Positions 53,227 through 63,237 of a stretch of DNA of 64,000 nt are shown here, one piece after another. Source of the stretch: a virus; the IMG/VR virus record IMGVR_UViG_3300050821_018577, positions 32,001 through 96,000 of that record; one strand, given 5' to 3'. Below the pieces are notes generated by a model. It did no database searches, was not told where the DNA came from, and worked only from the letters and a program-made list of their open reading frames with translations. The translations under genes and the position numbers were made by a program. The first letter of the stretch is position 1. Every line of letters begins with the position of its first letter.

Positions 53227-53982
53227 ATGTACAAACTTGACCAGAAAGAAGATTTGGAGAAGGCCGGCCAGTCGCTGGGCAGTTTTTTCGCCAAGCAGGC
53301 GGATGAGCTCCAGAAAACGCACGCTCTCCATGCCGCGCTCGCGGCGCATCACCAAGGGAAGGCCGACGCGCATTCCGCGTACGCCGTGCACTTCAAGGCG
53401 CAGCATGACGCGCTGCCCGACGACCACGACATGAAGGCGCACATGGCGAAAGGCCATTCGCATCATGTCGCGATGGCTGCTCACGAGGACGGTATCGCCA
53501 AGGCTCACGGCGCCCATGCGGAAACGGTCAAGACGCAAATCGATGCCATCAAGGCTTTGTCCGTGGAGTGGGGTGGCGTGAAGAAGGCCGACGAGGGGCC
53601 GCTTGCGCGATTGCTCTCTTCTCGCACCGGCACCGTGACAGCTCCAGTGACGGCCCCAACCGGCAATGTCATGGTCGACATGATTAACGAAACTTCGACG
53701 CAATTGATGGCCAAGACGCTGTCGATGATGGACAACGACCCCGATGTACAAAAGGCCATGCGCGAGCACGTCATGAAGCTGGTAGCCGAAGCCGTTGGCA
53801 GCACGGTGCGGCCGCCCGAAGTTTCCGCGGTTGCGCCGACCGCGCCAGCCTTCGGAATCAAGGCGGTTACTCGTCCAGGACAACGGCCGCTTCCGGCCGC
53901 GGACGCGCCGGCCTCTGTGCCGCTCGAGTTTTCGAAGCTGTTCTCATCCGAGGACGGGGATCAGGGCCTGTTGCGCCAGTAA
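53227..53982 (+). CDS. probable scaffolding protein with His-rich segment
   Basis: between protease and capsid; SD GAGGAGG. Confidence 0.6.
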   Translation: MYKLDQKEDLEKAGQSLGSFFAKQADELQKTHALHAALAAHHQGKADAHSAYAVHFKAQHDALPDDHDMKAHMAKGHSHHVAMAAHEDGIAKAHGAHAETVKTQIDAIKALSVEWGGVKKADEGPLARLLSSRTGTVTAPVTAPTGNVMVDMINETSTQLMAKTLSMMDNDPDVQKAMREHVMKLVAEAVGSTVRPPEVSAVAPTAPAFGIKAVTRPGQRPLPAADAPASVPLEFSKLFSSEDGDQGLLRQ

Positions 53983-54028
53983 GTCAAAATTTGGAGTTGG
54001 CAAAGTTCAAATCTGACAGGAGCGAATC

Positions 54029-55726
54029 ATGAGTCTTATCAATCAGAATTTTTACAAAGCCGGCATGGCGGAGGCTCGCGCGAATGCAGCGAAAGCGGCG
54101 GCTCCTGGTACTGAGCTCGCGGCGCTCATGAAGCGGGCGTTGCCCAAAGGGCTTGGCGGAGAGATTGACCCCAAGCAATGGCGGTACGAAAACGACGAAA
54201 TCAATCCGCTGGTCAAGATGGTCGGCCGCGAATTAGTGAAGGCCGGCGTCACCACCTCGCTGGGCTTCAACTTTTTCGATTTGCGCGGCCCCGCGTATTT
54301 CATCTTCCCGTTGCTCACGCCATTCATCCAGATGATTCCGCGCATGGGGCGCGTCAATGACGGCGTCGGCACGGCGGCCCACTGGAAGGCCACCCGCAAC
54401 CCGAATAACACGTTTGTCTATGCCGGCGTGCTCGAAGGACAGCGCAACGCGACGGCAACGCCGAACGAAGTCGATTACCTTGCGACTTACAAGGAAATCG
54501 GCATGGAAGGCGGAGAGACCTTCACCGCCCAGTTCGCCGGCGAAGGCTTCACCGACAACCTGGCGGATGAGCATTTCCGCAACTTGGCGCGCCTGCGTCT
54601 CCAAGAAGAGATGATGGTTCTCTGGGGCAACAGCGGTACCGCTGCCGGCAACCTCGGATTTGCTTTAGGGCAGGCGCCGAACGTGACCGCCGCCGCCGTG
54701 GCCGGTACGACCGGTCTTGGCAACGGCGCCAACGTAGTAGCCGCCGTAGTGGCCATCACCGCTTTCGGCATGAACCCGGGTGGGCAGGCCGGTTATGCCG
54801 CTCCTCCAAGCGTTGCAAACGGCATCACCACCAACTACACCCGCACCAACGCGGACGGCAGCACCACCAACGTGGCTTGCGGAGTGAGTGCGATTTCAAA
54901 CGTTTCGGCGACCGTTACGGTCCCCAACACGTCCTTCCAGCAAGTCAAGCTTTCCGTTCCCGCCGTGAAAGGTGCCGTTGGATATGCCTGGTTCTGGGGC
55001 ATTAACGTGGCTGCTACCACGGGCAACGTCAAGCTTGGCTCGATTACCGCATGGCCGAACTATACCGTCACCGCTCCTGCCAACGGCGTGCAGTTGGGCA
55101 ACGCGGCCGGTCTTTCGACCGACAACAGTTTCCAGCCGACAGATTTCGACGGCTTGGGCACCTACTCCTTCCAGAACGGTCTCTGGACCGATATGGGCGG
55201 CGGCTCGTTCACCCCGGCCGGCAACGGCCAGGTCGCCGAAATTGAAAGCGACCTCCAGTATCTCTGGACGAACTATCAGGCACAGCCGGACGCCATCTGG
55301 GTTTCCGCTGACGTAAAGGCTTCGCTCGAATCGGCGATCATTTTCTCCTCGACCGGAAACAACAGCTACATCTTCCAGGTCAGCCAGATGGAGCAGCAGA
55401 CGGGTATGACCGGTGGCTTCATCATCACCGGCTATAAGTCGAAGTACAGCATCAATCCTGCGGGTGGCGACACGATTCCGATTCGCATTCACCCCATGTT
55501 CCCGCAGGGTACGATTCTGTATGACATCAATCGCAACCCATATCCGCACAGCCGCGTTCCTGCGGTTCGGACCATGCTGATGCAGCGCGATTATTACGCA
55601 ATTGAATGGCCAATCGTGACGCGCCAGTGGACTTTCGGTACGTATGTCCAGGAAGTTCTGGCGCATTACATGCCATGGATCTCGGCAATCCGCACTGGCG
55701 TTGGACCGTTCGTAGCGCCCGCCTAA
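54029..55726 (+). CDS. major capsid protein
   Basis: position after protease/scaffold; large, strongly biased codon usage; HK97-like C-terminus (IRIHPMFPQG..F..Y..EVL). Confidence 0.85.
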   Translation: MSLINQNFYKAGMAEARANAAKAAAPGTELAALMKRALPKGLGGEIDPKQWRYENDEINPLVKMVGRELVKAGVTTSLGFNFFDLRGPAYFIFPLLTPFIQMIPRMGRVNDGVGTAAHWKATRNPNNTFVYAGVLEGQRNATATPNEVDYLATYKEIGMEGGETFTAQFAGEGFTDNLADEHFRNLARLRLQEEMMVLWGNSGTAAGNLGFALGQAPNVTAAAVAGTTGLGNGANVVAAVVAITAFGMNPGGQAGYAAPPSVANGITTNYTRTNADGSTTNVACGVSAISNVSATVTVPNTSFQQVKLSVPAVKGAVGYAWFWGINVAATTGNVKLGSITAWPNYTVTAPANGVQLGNAAGLSTDNSFQPTDFDGLGTYSFQNGLWTDMGGGSFTPAGNGQVAEIESDLQYLWTNYQAQPDAIWVSADVKASLESAIIFSSTGNNSYIFQVSQMEQQTGMTGGFIITGYKSKYSINPAGGDTIPIRIHPMFPQGTILYDINRNPYPHSRVPAVRTMLMQRDYYAIEWPIVTRQWTFGTYVQEVLAHYMPWISAIRTGVGPFVAPA

Positions 55727-55763
55727 TAGCGGAGGACGCGCGTAGTTTTAAAGGAGAAATCTT

Positions 55764-56033
55764 ATGCCTGTATCAGGACCAGGACCTGGCGGCACGGCTC
55801 CAGGTAGTCCGACTGCCGCGCAACTCACGAACCTTGCCACTCTGCAGGCGGCGCAGGCAGCTGCTCTTGTGACGCTCGATGCGGCGCGCATCACGCACAA
55901 GACCGCGCACGCAGCTTGGGTGTCGGCAGCGCGGCAGGCAACGGCATATCAGGCCTATATCTACGGCGGCCAGAAGCCTGGAATCATCGATGAGGGTGTG
56001 CCAGCTGGCCTTGTACAGGGCGACGCACCGTAA
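55764..56033 (+). CDS. virion-associated hypothetical protein
   Basis: SD AAGGAG after capsid. Confidence 0.65.
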   Translation: MPVSGPGPGGTAPGSPTAAQLTNLATLQAAQAAALVTLDAARITHKTAHAAWVSAARQATAYQAYIYGGQKPGIIDEGVPAGLVQGDAP

Positions 56034-56055
56034 CGCGCGGGCAGTCGCATAACCT

Positions 56056-56307
56056 ATGCCTGGCCCGGTACAACTCAACATCACTTTGACCATCAGCGGC
56101 AATCCGGTTGTGGTCGTTCCCATTCCGCCCGGGTTGCAGGCATTGGATTCCAGCGCTATTGCTGGCCAAGGCCAAGCTGCAGGACAAACAGGATTCTCCA
56201 GCGTGGATATTGCCATTCGCAACATTTTCAAAGCCGGTATTTTTTTTGTTCCCGCTTCGAATATTTGGTATTCGGCATTCGTCATCCAGTCCATCACCTG
56301 GACATAA
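56056..56307 (+). CDS. hypothetical protein
   Basis: 83-aa ORF. Confidence 0.6.
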   Translation: MPGPVQLNITLTISGNPVVVVPIPPGLQALDSSAIAGQGQAAGQTGFSSVDIAIRNIFKAGIFFVPASNIWYSAFVIQSITWT

Positions 56308-56345
56308 ACTTGCCCTGTTAGTTTGCTCGGGTGTAGAATCCGGCG

Positions 56346-56648
56346 ATGTCGCTGAACCGCAGGATCGTGCTCGACGATTCAGAAATCTGCTCGCCTGAGC
56401 CGGTTAAGGTTCAGAAACCTCCCGCCATCGTTCCACCACTCGGGGTTGGCAGTGCGCTCCATTGGATGCCCGGCAATTCCGATGCGACCACATTTGCTGA
56501 CGCTCTCGGGCTCTACGATGAAGTCATAAAATGCAAGTCATGCGGTTATGATGGCCCGTTTGATGGCAACCATCGGGCTCAAACCATTCAGTGTTTAGGT
56601 TGCGGCCGGGTCTCTTCCTTTGAAGCTTTCAAAAAAGAGCACACATGA
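56346..56648 (+). CDS. Zn-ribbon protein with N-terminal NRRIVLDD
   Basis: CKSC...CLGC. Confidence 0.6.
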   Translation: MSLNRRIVLDDSEICSPEPVKVQKPPAIVPPLGVGSALHWMPGNSDATTFADALGLYDEVIKCKSCGYDGPFDGNHRAQTIQCLGCGRVSSFEAFKKEHT

Positions 56649-56947
56649 AGGGTCGCTATAACAGAGAAAAATGGACGGCGCATGCGGCTGTTCGAAGGAT
56701 GGTTGCCGATGGCCGTCTCCCAAATCCAGCAACACTTACATGCAGTGATTGTCCTAATTCCGCAGCAGAATATGACCACTATTTAGGATATGCGCCAGAG
56801 CATCGAAGACACGTTCAGCCAGTATGTTTCTCTTGCCATACAAAAAGAAAATGGGCGCGAGGCGAGATAACACTAACACATAGAATAAAAGAGGTCTTAA
56901 CGAAAGGTCGCCTATCGAATTATAGGGCGTGCGAGCATGGAATTTAG
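56645..56947 (+). CDS. HNH endonuclease
   Basis: CSDC...YDHYLGY...VQPVCFSCH. Confidence 0.75.
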   Translation: MKGRYNREKWTAHAAVRRMVADGRLPNPATLTCSDCPNSAAEYDHYLGYAPEHRRHVQPVCFSCHTKRKWARGEITLTHRIKEVLTKGRLSNYRACEHGI

Positions 56948-57067
56948 CCCGCTGAAAAACTGCCATTCATGTTTCGCGAAATCGAAAGCCGAAAATCTCA
57001 AGAAATGGAGAGAGCTTCATCCTGGTCGCGAGAAGGAACTTTATCATTTACGGCGAAAGGCTCAAGA

Positions 57068-58078
57068 ATGCGTATAGGTTTAGTGCTGGTCAGGAATTTT
57101 TTGGCATGTGCTTATTCCCTTTTCGGTTATCGCGAAACGCTAGAGCGCATGGGCCACGACGTCATCGAATGCGCCTTCCCGGGCAACCAAGTGCAGGTGA
57201 CTCCGGAAATTATAGCTAAGGTCCCGACCATCGAGCAGCTCCTGGAATGCGATTGCGTTCTGCTTACCTATGCGGAATACACACAACCATGGATCGAACA
57301 AATTTATGATTTCGAACAATGGCAGAAGCTTATGGGTAAGGTGCCGGTCCTCGCCCGCTTCGATGAGTCCATGGACCGCGGCGACCTGTTACTACCGCAT
57401 CGTTTGCCAAAAATTAAAAAATGGGCGACACATTATTCCTTTCCCGCAGCGCAAGACGCCGACAAGTATGGCGGTGAGTGGCTACCGTACGGCGCGGACA
57501 CGACGATTTTCCATCCTCCCGACCATGCAGATTTGGATAAATTTGAGAAGAAATACGACTTGGCCTTCATCGGTACGCTCTATCAGAAACGCCACGACTA
57601 TCTAATGAAGATGGCTCCGCACATCGGGAAGAATGTCACCTTCCACAGTGGCAACGTTGTCGTCCAGGATATCGGCGGGATCCGCGAGCGCGAGACGACG
57701 GAACTTTTGGCCGAAAATTACCGACAGATTCGAATATTTTTCTGTTTGCCGCCAATGTCACGATTGCTGGTGGAAAAAATTTTCGACATAATGGCCTGTG
57801 ACACATTCGTGATGTACCCATGTTTTCCTGACATCGATTTTCAGAAAAACTTGTCCATTTTCAAGGGCGACAAACACATCGTTTATTACGACTACGGTTT
57901 CTACGCGGACAACGGGAAGCAAGTGACACATTATCTCGAACATCCGGAAGAAGTCGACAGGATCGCGCGGGCCGGCGGCGAACTCGTGCGGTCGAAATAC
58001 ACGCTGGAGCAAATGCTCGAAGCGATGCTGACCCAGGTCAGGAGCGTGCGTGAAAGTAGCCACCAAGTTCGGGTTTGA
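57068..58078 (+). CDS. GT-B glycosyltransferase (CgeB/DUF3880-like)
   Basis: YDLAFIGTLY..R, RLLVEK.FDIMAC, IARAG.E.V...YT. Confidence 0.85.
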   Translation: MRIGLVLVRNFLACAYSLFGYRETLERMGHDVIECAFPGNQVQVTPEIIAKVPTIEQLLECDCVLLTYAEYTQPWIEQIYDFEQWQKLMGKVPVLARFDESMDRGDLLLPHRLPKIKKWATHYSFPAAQDADKYGGEWLPYGADTTIFHPPDHADLDKFEKKYDLAFIGTLYQKRHDYLMKMAPHIGKNVTFHSGNVVVQDIGGIRERETTELLAENYRQIRIFFCLPPMSRLLVEKIFDIMACDTFVMYPCFPDIDFQKNLSIFKGDKHIVYYDYGFYADNGKQVTHYLEHPEEVDRIARAGGELVRSKYTLEQMLEAMLTQVRSVRESSHQVRV

Positions 58079-58760
58079 CCTGACATTGCGCGATGGCAGC
58101 TACATGGCCACGGAATTCGCCGCGAACCAATGCTATGAAGAACCGGAATCGAGACTGGTGCTTTCGCTCATTCGCCCTGGCGATTTCTGCATCGATGCCG
58201 GAGCCCACATCGGCTATTATTCCTGCCTGATGGCCAAGGCAGGCGCGAGAGTTTTGGCGGTCGAATGTAATCCAATGCACTTCGTCATGCTTTCGCAAAA
58301 CATTCGCGACTTCTCTGTAATTGAATCCCACATGGCTCTTGGTGAACTAAATACCGATGGGCCTGTTGACTTTAACCTTCCAACCGAATGGGATGATGGC
58401 TGCGGGACGCTCTATCCTGTTCGCAATAATGCAAAACAAGTGGGCGTCTGGATGATGCGGCTCGATTCGCTCTTGGATGTAGGCGCTTCGACAGGCGAAC
58501 GTGTCAGTAGAATCCGCCTGCTAAAACTGGACATTGAGGGATCGGAACTAGCGGCGCTTCGCGGCTTGGGCGCGCGCCTTGCAGACGTCGATTACATCTT
58601 AATGGAATGCGGCGAATATTACGCCGCCAAGACAATTAGCCAAATCAACGAGCACATGCAGGGTTGGACGATTCGAGCGTTTTCTAACGGCGAATGGAGA
58701 GACGTCCAGAAGGCCACCACCGGCAATTTCCTGTTTATGAATCCAAAGGCGAATGAATGA
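58050..58760 (+). CDS. FkbM-family methyltransferase
   Basis: IDAGAHIGYYS, LLKLDIEGSE. Confidence 0.9.
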   Translation: MKVATKFGFDLTLRDGSYMATEFAANQCYEEPESRLVLSLIRPGDFCIDAGAHIGYYSCLMAKAGARVLAVECNPMHFVMLSQNIRDFSVIESHMALGELNTDGPVDFNLPTEWDDGCGTLYPVRNNAKQVGVWMMRLDSLLDVGASTGERVSRIRLLKLDIEGSELAALRGLGARLADVDYILMECGEYYAAKTISQINEHMQGWTIRAFSNGEWRDVQKATTGNFLFMNPKANE

Positions 58761-60274
58761 ACTGGACAGACAGCGAACTGTGTAGGATCGCCCTGAAACA
58801 CCACACAGACAAAGCGCATTTCCATAACTATACGCCGACCTACCACAAGCTACTAGCCGGCAAATCCGTAAAAAAAGTTTTGGAGATTGGACTTGGTTGG
58901 GGCGGTCTGATGCACAACGACTATCAGTCCGCTGGCAGTCTATTGATGTGGCGGGATTATTTTCCGGACGCGGAAATCTACGGACTCGATATCCGCCCGG
59001 ATGCTCTGCGCAACGAGAATAGGATCCATTCTTTTTTGTGCGACCAGAACGACATTGATTCCCTTATGCGCGCAGCAGCACAGGTCGGCGATGACTTCGA
59101 CCTGATTGTCGACGATGGTTCGCACGTCCCAATGCACCAAGTGACGACGGCTTCGATATTCGTCCCCCTATTGGCTCCTGGAGGCCTGTACGTCATTGAG
59201 GATGTACATGACGCATATTTTCAGCCAGGCCCGGAGCATGTGCACGTCCCTACAGGAGACCTTACGGAATTGGAGTACGTACGCCAGAATCTTCCTTACC
59301 CGCACGAGGTCATCGAAATCGAAAACGATATAGTGCCAGGCGATAAATTGGTTGTGATTCGAGAGGAACAAGTGGCGCGCGGAACGAAGCGGTCCTCTCG
59401 ATGCGTGGTCAATGTGGCCATAGGCGACGCTTACTACAAGCGCGGGCAGATGCGGCTCGCCCAAGAATTACGCCGGTTCGACCCATGGTCCAAGCAGATG
59501 ATGTGGCAATGCATACCTCCGGGATGGCCAGACCAGAAACAGAAGCCCTACGCCTTCAAATCTTTTGCCATGAAAGAGGCCGCGAAAATAGCAGACCTGG
59601 TGCTCTGGTGCGACTCGTCGATTGTTCCTATTCGTCCGATGGATGCTTTCTGGGAAATACTCCAATCCGACGGCTATTTCCTTGTCGAAAACGGGGAAGG
59701 CATGAATTACGAATGGACCGCCGATAGCGCGTACCAATATTTATTCCCGGAGCTTTCGGTCGAAAGCGCGCGCAGCGCGAGTCGGGCGATTCCTCAGATT
59801 GTCGGTGGAATCCTCGGAGTAAACATAAAGTCCGAGAAGGGGAATGCCTTTCTTGAAGAGTACTACCGTCTGGCCAAAGACACGGACGCGTTCTGCGGTC
59901 CTTGGGCCAATCAGAATTGTCCAACGCGTGCGCAATACGGGAAAGGAAGCGTGTACACGACAGCACCGTGCGGGCCTCCGGACGTGCGCGGGCATCGTCA
60001 CGACCAGACCGCGGCAAGCGTCATCGCCTGGAACATGGGACTGAAACTCTCGAAATATCCGTCACCATACGCTTACATCGGCCCATCGTCCAAGACGGCG
60101 CCGACCCGAGAAACTATTTTGCTGCATGACGGCCCAGGAGCCACGGAATTTGAAGCGCAATTATCCAAACCGGAGGAACCCACGATGAAATGCGCCCAAT
60201 GCGGAAGCGCCGCTTTGGGCATGGCTGGCGGCATGTTGCATTGCAATCAATGTGGTTATAGGAGTGGCCATTGA
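58757..60274 (+). CDS. class I SAM O-methyltransferase fused to a GT-like domain and a Zn ribbon
   Basis: VLEIG, GLDI, IVDDGSH, GGLYVIED; second domain WCDSS..RHDQ. Confidence 0.8.
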   Translation: MNWTDSELCRIALKHHTDKAHFHNYTPTYHKLLAGKSVKKVLEIGLGWGGLMHNDYQSAGSLLMWRDYFPDAEIYGLDIRPDALRNENRIHSFLCDQNDIDSLMRAAAQVGDDFDLIVDDGSHVPMHQVTTASIFVPLLAPGGLYVIEDVHDAYFQPGPEHVHVPTGDLTELEYVRQNLPYPHEVIEIENDIVPGDKLVVIREEQVARGTKRSSRCVVNVAIGDAYYKRGQMRLAQELRRFDPWSKQMMWQCIPPGWPDQKQKPYAFKSFAMKEAAKIADLVLWCDSSIVPIRPMDAFWEILQSDGYFLVENGEGMNYEWTADSAYQYLFPELSVESARSASRAIPQIVGGILGVNIKSEKGNAFLEEYYRLAKDTDAFCGPWANQNCPTRAQYGKGSVYTTAPCGPPDVRGHRHDQTAASVIAWNMGLKLSKYPSPYAYIGPSSKTAPTRETILLHDGPGATEFEAQLSKPEEPTMKCAQCGSAALGMAGGMLHCNQCGYRSGH

Positions 60275-60897
60275 ATATCGAAGATGAAGCACAAGCGATT
60301 GGCAGTATTTTGCGAGAGTGTGAACATCCGGTCATTGTTGACCTCGGAGCGTACGGTGGAGAAGACACAGCCTGGCTGATTGGCGCCTGCCGCGTTCCTC
60401 CAGTTGCGATTGCCGTCGAAGCCGACCCGGACAATTTTGCAAGGCTGTATGCGGCAAACCTCAAAGCCACCGTCATTCAAGCGGCCATTTCCGACCACGA
60501 TGGAGAGTGCACGTTTTATAAGTGCTATACCGGCCGTGGCGTCGGTTCTGGCTCGATCCGGCAACCGACTGGCCATCTCGACAGGGACGGCACGAAATAC
60601 GATTTTCGTCCGATATCGGTTCGGTGCCTAACTTTGGACAAAATCGCACGCGATTTCGCGCTCGACCATATTGACCTTTTGTGGGTGGACATCCAGGCCG
60701 CCGAACGTGACATGATTGCCGGAGGCCAGAATGCGCTTCAACGGACGCGCTATCTGTTCATGGAAGCGGAGCAAGGCGAAGAGATGTATGCCGGGCAGGC
60801 GATGCGCGATGAACTGCTGGCCATGCTTCCCGGGTGGTTCGAAGTGCAACGGTTTGATTTCAATATTTTGCTGCGCAACGACAGGTTCGTTCCATGA
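60271..60897 (+). CDS. FkbM-family methyltransferase
   Basis: VDLGAYGGED, IDLLWVDIQAAE. Confidence 0.88.
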   Translation: MNIEDEAQAIGSILRECEHPVIVDLGAYGGEDTAWLIGACRVPPVAIAVEADPDNFARLYAANLKATVIQAAISDHDGECTFYKCYTGRGVGSGSIRQPTGHLDRDGTKYDFRPISVRCLTLDKIARDFALDHIDLLWVDIQAAERDMIAGGQNALQRTRYLFMEAEQGEEMYAGQAMRDELLAMLPGWFEVQRFDFNILLRNDRFVP

Positions 60898-61535
60898 GCT
60901 TCCCGGAAGAACGCGCAGCGGTCACGCAAATTCTCAAGGCGCTTCCAGACCCTGTGTGCATCGTGGAATTAGGAGCGCAAGACGGCGGCGATGCCGCGTG
61001 GATGCTGCAAGTGTTGGCCGGACGGGGTCCACGATGCGTGCTGGTCGAAGCCGATAGAATCAATTTCGAACTCTTGCCGCCACAGGGATTCACCGACACG
61101 CCAGAAGGCCCCATGGTCGCCATCTACGGTGCTATCGCCGACCATACAGGTACGTGTGATTTTTGGGAGAACCGTGATTGTGGAGGCGGCTTTAGTTCCA
61201 TCTACGAACCAAACCGGGAACACCTAAGCGTCGATGCGTCGCAATGGCGGAAAGTCGGACCCATTCCATGTTTCACGTTTGACGACCTCTATGCAAAGTT
61301 AAAACTTAGCCACATCGACCTGCTGTACGTGGACATTCACGGCGCGGAAAAGGATATGGTCACTCACGGACAGAAAGCTTTGAAACACACAAAATACCTA
61401 TTCATCGAAGCTGTGGACTACCGCATGTACGAAGGGGCAGCAACCGGCGAGGAGTTACAGGCAATGCTGCCCGGCTGGAAACTTCTAGAAACTTTTCCGT
61501 GGAACATATTGCTGATAAACATGGAATACGAATGA
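60894..61535 (+). CDS. FkbM-family methyltransferase
   Basis: VELGAQDGGD, IDLLYVDIHGAE; paralog of previous gene. Confidence 0.88.
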   Translation: MSFPEERAAVTQILKALPDPVCIVELGAQDGGDAAWMLQVLAGRGPRCVLVEADRINFELLPPQGFTDTPEGPMVAIYGAIADHTGTCDFWENRDCGGGFSSIYEPNREHLSVDASQWRKVGPIPCFTFDDLYAKLKLSHIDLLYVDIHGAEKDMVTHGQKALKHTKYLFIEAVDYRMYEGAATGEELQAMLPGWKLLETFPWNILLINMEYE

Positions 61536-62212
61536 TTTCCATTCTCATCCCGACGCGCGGCCGTCGTGCGGGTTTAGAGCGGGCCATCCGGTCCGCGCGC
61601 GAGACGGCGCATTCTGCCGATTGTCTCGAATTTGTTGCCTATGTCGACAATGATGATGCACTGACCTACGTGGATTTCGGTTGCGATGTTAAATTTGTAT
61701 ATGGCCCGCGGATCGTTCTTTCTAATACCTGGAACAAATGTGCCGAGGTAGCCAAAGGTGACATCTTGTGTCAAGGTAACGATGATATTATTTTCCGCAC
61801 GCCAGGATGGGTCCGTATCATTGAAGAAGAATTCGCGAAGATTCCGGACCGCCTTGTAATGGTGCATGGTTCGGACGGCAGCAAAAACTATGGCAGTAGC
61901 AGCGGACAGTTTGGCCCCCATCCATTCATAAGCCGGCAGTGGATGGAGACCCTCGGCTATTTCACGGCTCCATACTTTTCAAGCGACTTCGGCGATACCT
62001 GGTTGAATGACCTTGCGAACGCTATTGGACGTAGGCGCTACGTGCCAGTGATTATCGAGCATATGCATTTCATTTTCGGCAAGTCGGAAACTGACCGTAC
62101 AACCAGCGAACGATTGGAGCGGCACTCGCGCGATAATTGCGGGCAACTCTACGCAGACCTTGCTCCGCTGCGGGAGGTTGACATCGAGAAGCTTAAGGCG
62201 GCAATGCGATGA
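61532..62212 (+). CDS. GT2-family glycosyltransferase
   Basis: ISILIPTRGR, NDD motif. Confidence 0.88.
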   Translation: MISILIPTRGRRAGLERAIRSARETAHSADCLEFVAYVDNDDALTYVDFGCDVKFVYGPRIVLSNTWNKCAEVAKGDILCQGNDDIIFRTPGWVRIIEEEFAKIPDRLVMVHGSDGSKNYGSSSGQFGPHPFISRQWMETLGYFTAPYFSSDFGDTWLNDLANAIGRRRYVPVIIEHMHFIFGKSETDRTTSERLERHSRDNCGQLYADLAPLREVDIEKLKAAMR

Positions 62213-62922
62213 AATGGGAATTACTGGTACTCACCCAGCATGGTCGCGAGCAATACCTAGCGCGCCTGCAGGCTGTCCTCCGGCCGCAACTCGAGGCTTA
62301 TTCCGATGTTGGTCTGATTGTCCGGCGGTTCGACCCGACCATGGACCTCGGTACGAACCGTCAAATCATGCGTGAAGGATCAAGCGCGGACTACTCGAAC
62401 TTTATTGACGACGATGATTTGGTCTCTGCGAACTATGTCTCCACCATCTACTCGCTACTCGATGGTGTCGACTACATCGGATTTACGCTCCAAATGTATA
62501 GCGACGGAGAAAAACAAAAGCCAACCTTCCATTCATTGCGGTACAAGGAATGGAACGCAGACCAAAACGGATTCTACCGCGACATTTCCCATCTAAATCC
62601 AATCCGCCGCGAGCTTGCCCTACGCGCCACAATGGCAGGAGGCTTTGGTGAGGATCAGCGATGGTCGGACCGCCTTCGAGAGCTAGGCATCGTCAAGACC
62701 GAACACTATGTCAACGATGTGATGTATTTTTATTACTGGCGCAGCAACAAAACCGATTATCCAGCCCCAGCATTGCAGGTGCCCACGCACGGATCCTACA
62801 ATCCGGTCGAACAACTTGCTATAGGCCAGCGGCGTCCCATCTGTCCGAAATGCGGCAGCACCGCCACCGGTATGGCCGGAGGCATGCGACAATGTAATCA
62901 GTGCGGTGAACGGTATGTGTGA
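62209..62922 (+). CDS. GT-A glycosyltransferase with C-terminal Zn ribbon
   Basis: FIDDDD, GED..W. Confidence 0.85.
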   Translation: MKWELLVLTQHGREQYLARLQAVLRPQLEAYSDVGLIVRRFDPTMDLGTNRQIMREGSSADYSNFIDDDDLVSANYVSTIYSLLDGVDYIGFTLQMYSDGEKQKPTFHSLRYKEWNADQNGFYRDISHLNPIRRELALRATMAGGFGEDQRWSDRLRELGIVKTEHYVNDVMYFYYWRSNKTDYPAPALQVPTHGSYNPVEQLAIGQRRPICPKCGSTATGMAGGMRQCNQCGERYV

Positions 62923-62977
62923 CCAACTATAGAGCAAAATGGTTTTGTGTGGATGAAGCAAGTGATACTATCCACGA

Positions 62978-63223
62978 ATGGTTTCACCGCTAACGCTTCC
63001 CGCTGTTGAAGGCTGGCCCTATCAGGAAGTATCGGCTGCCTTTATTCAGAAAGCGCACACCGGAGAGGCAGTCCCGAAAGTTCTGATGGTGGGATATAGC
63101 CTTTGGGCTCTTCTGCTGAAAGCCTCTGACACCGAAGTGTTCTACGTGTGCGGGACAATTCCGATTCGCTTTGAAAGAAGCGGGATCCTTGAACCACACG
63201 AATTTATGTTCACGCGCGATTGA
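62978..63223 (+). CDS. hypothetical protein
   Basis: 81-aa ORF. Confidence 0.4.
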   Translation: MVSPLTLPAVEGWPYQEVSAAFIQKAHTGEAVPKVLMVGYSLWALLLKASDTEVFYVCGTIPIRFERSGILEPHEFMFTRD

Positions 63224-63237
63224 AAGGCGCCTTGCCC

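Noticed and set aside
62919-62993. 24-aa ORF containing WFCVDEAS (Walker-B-like)
   Set aside because: Too short to support; probably chance.
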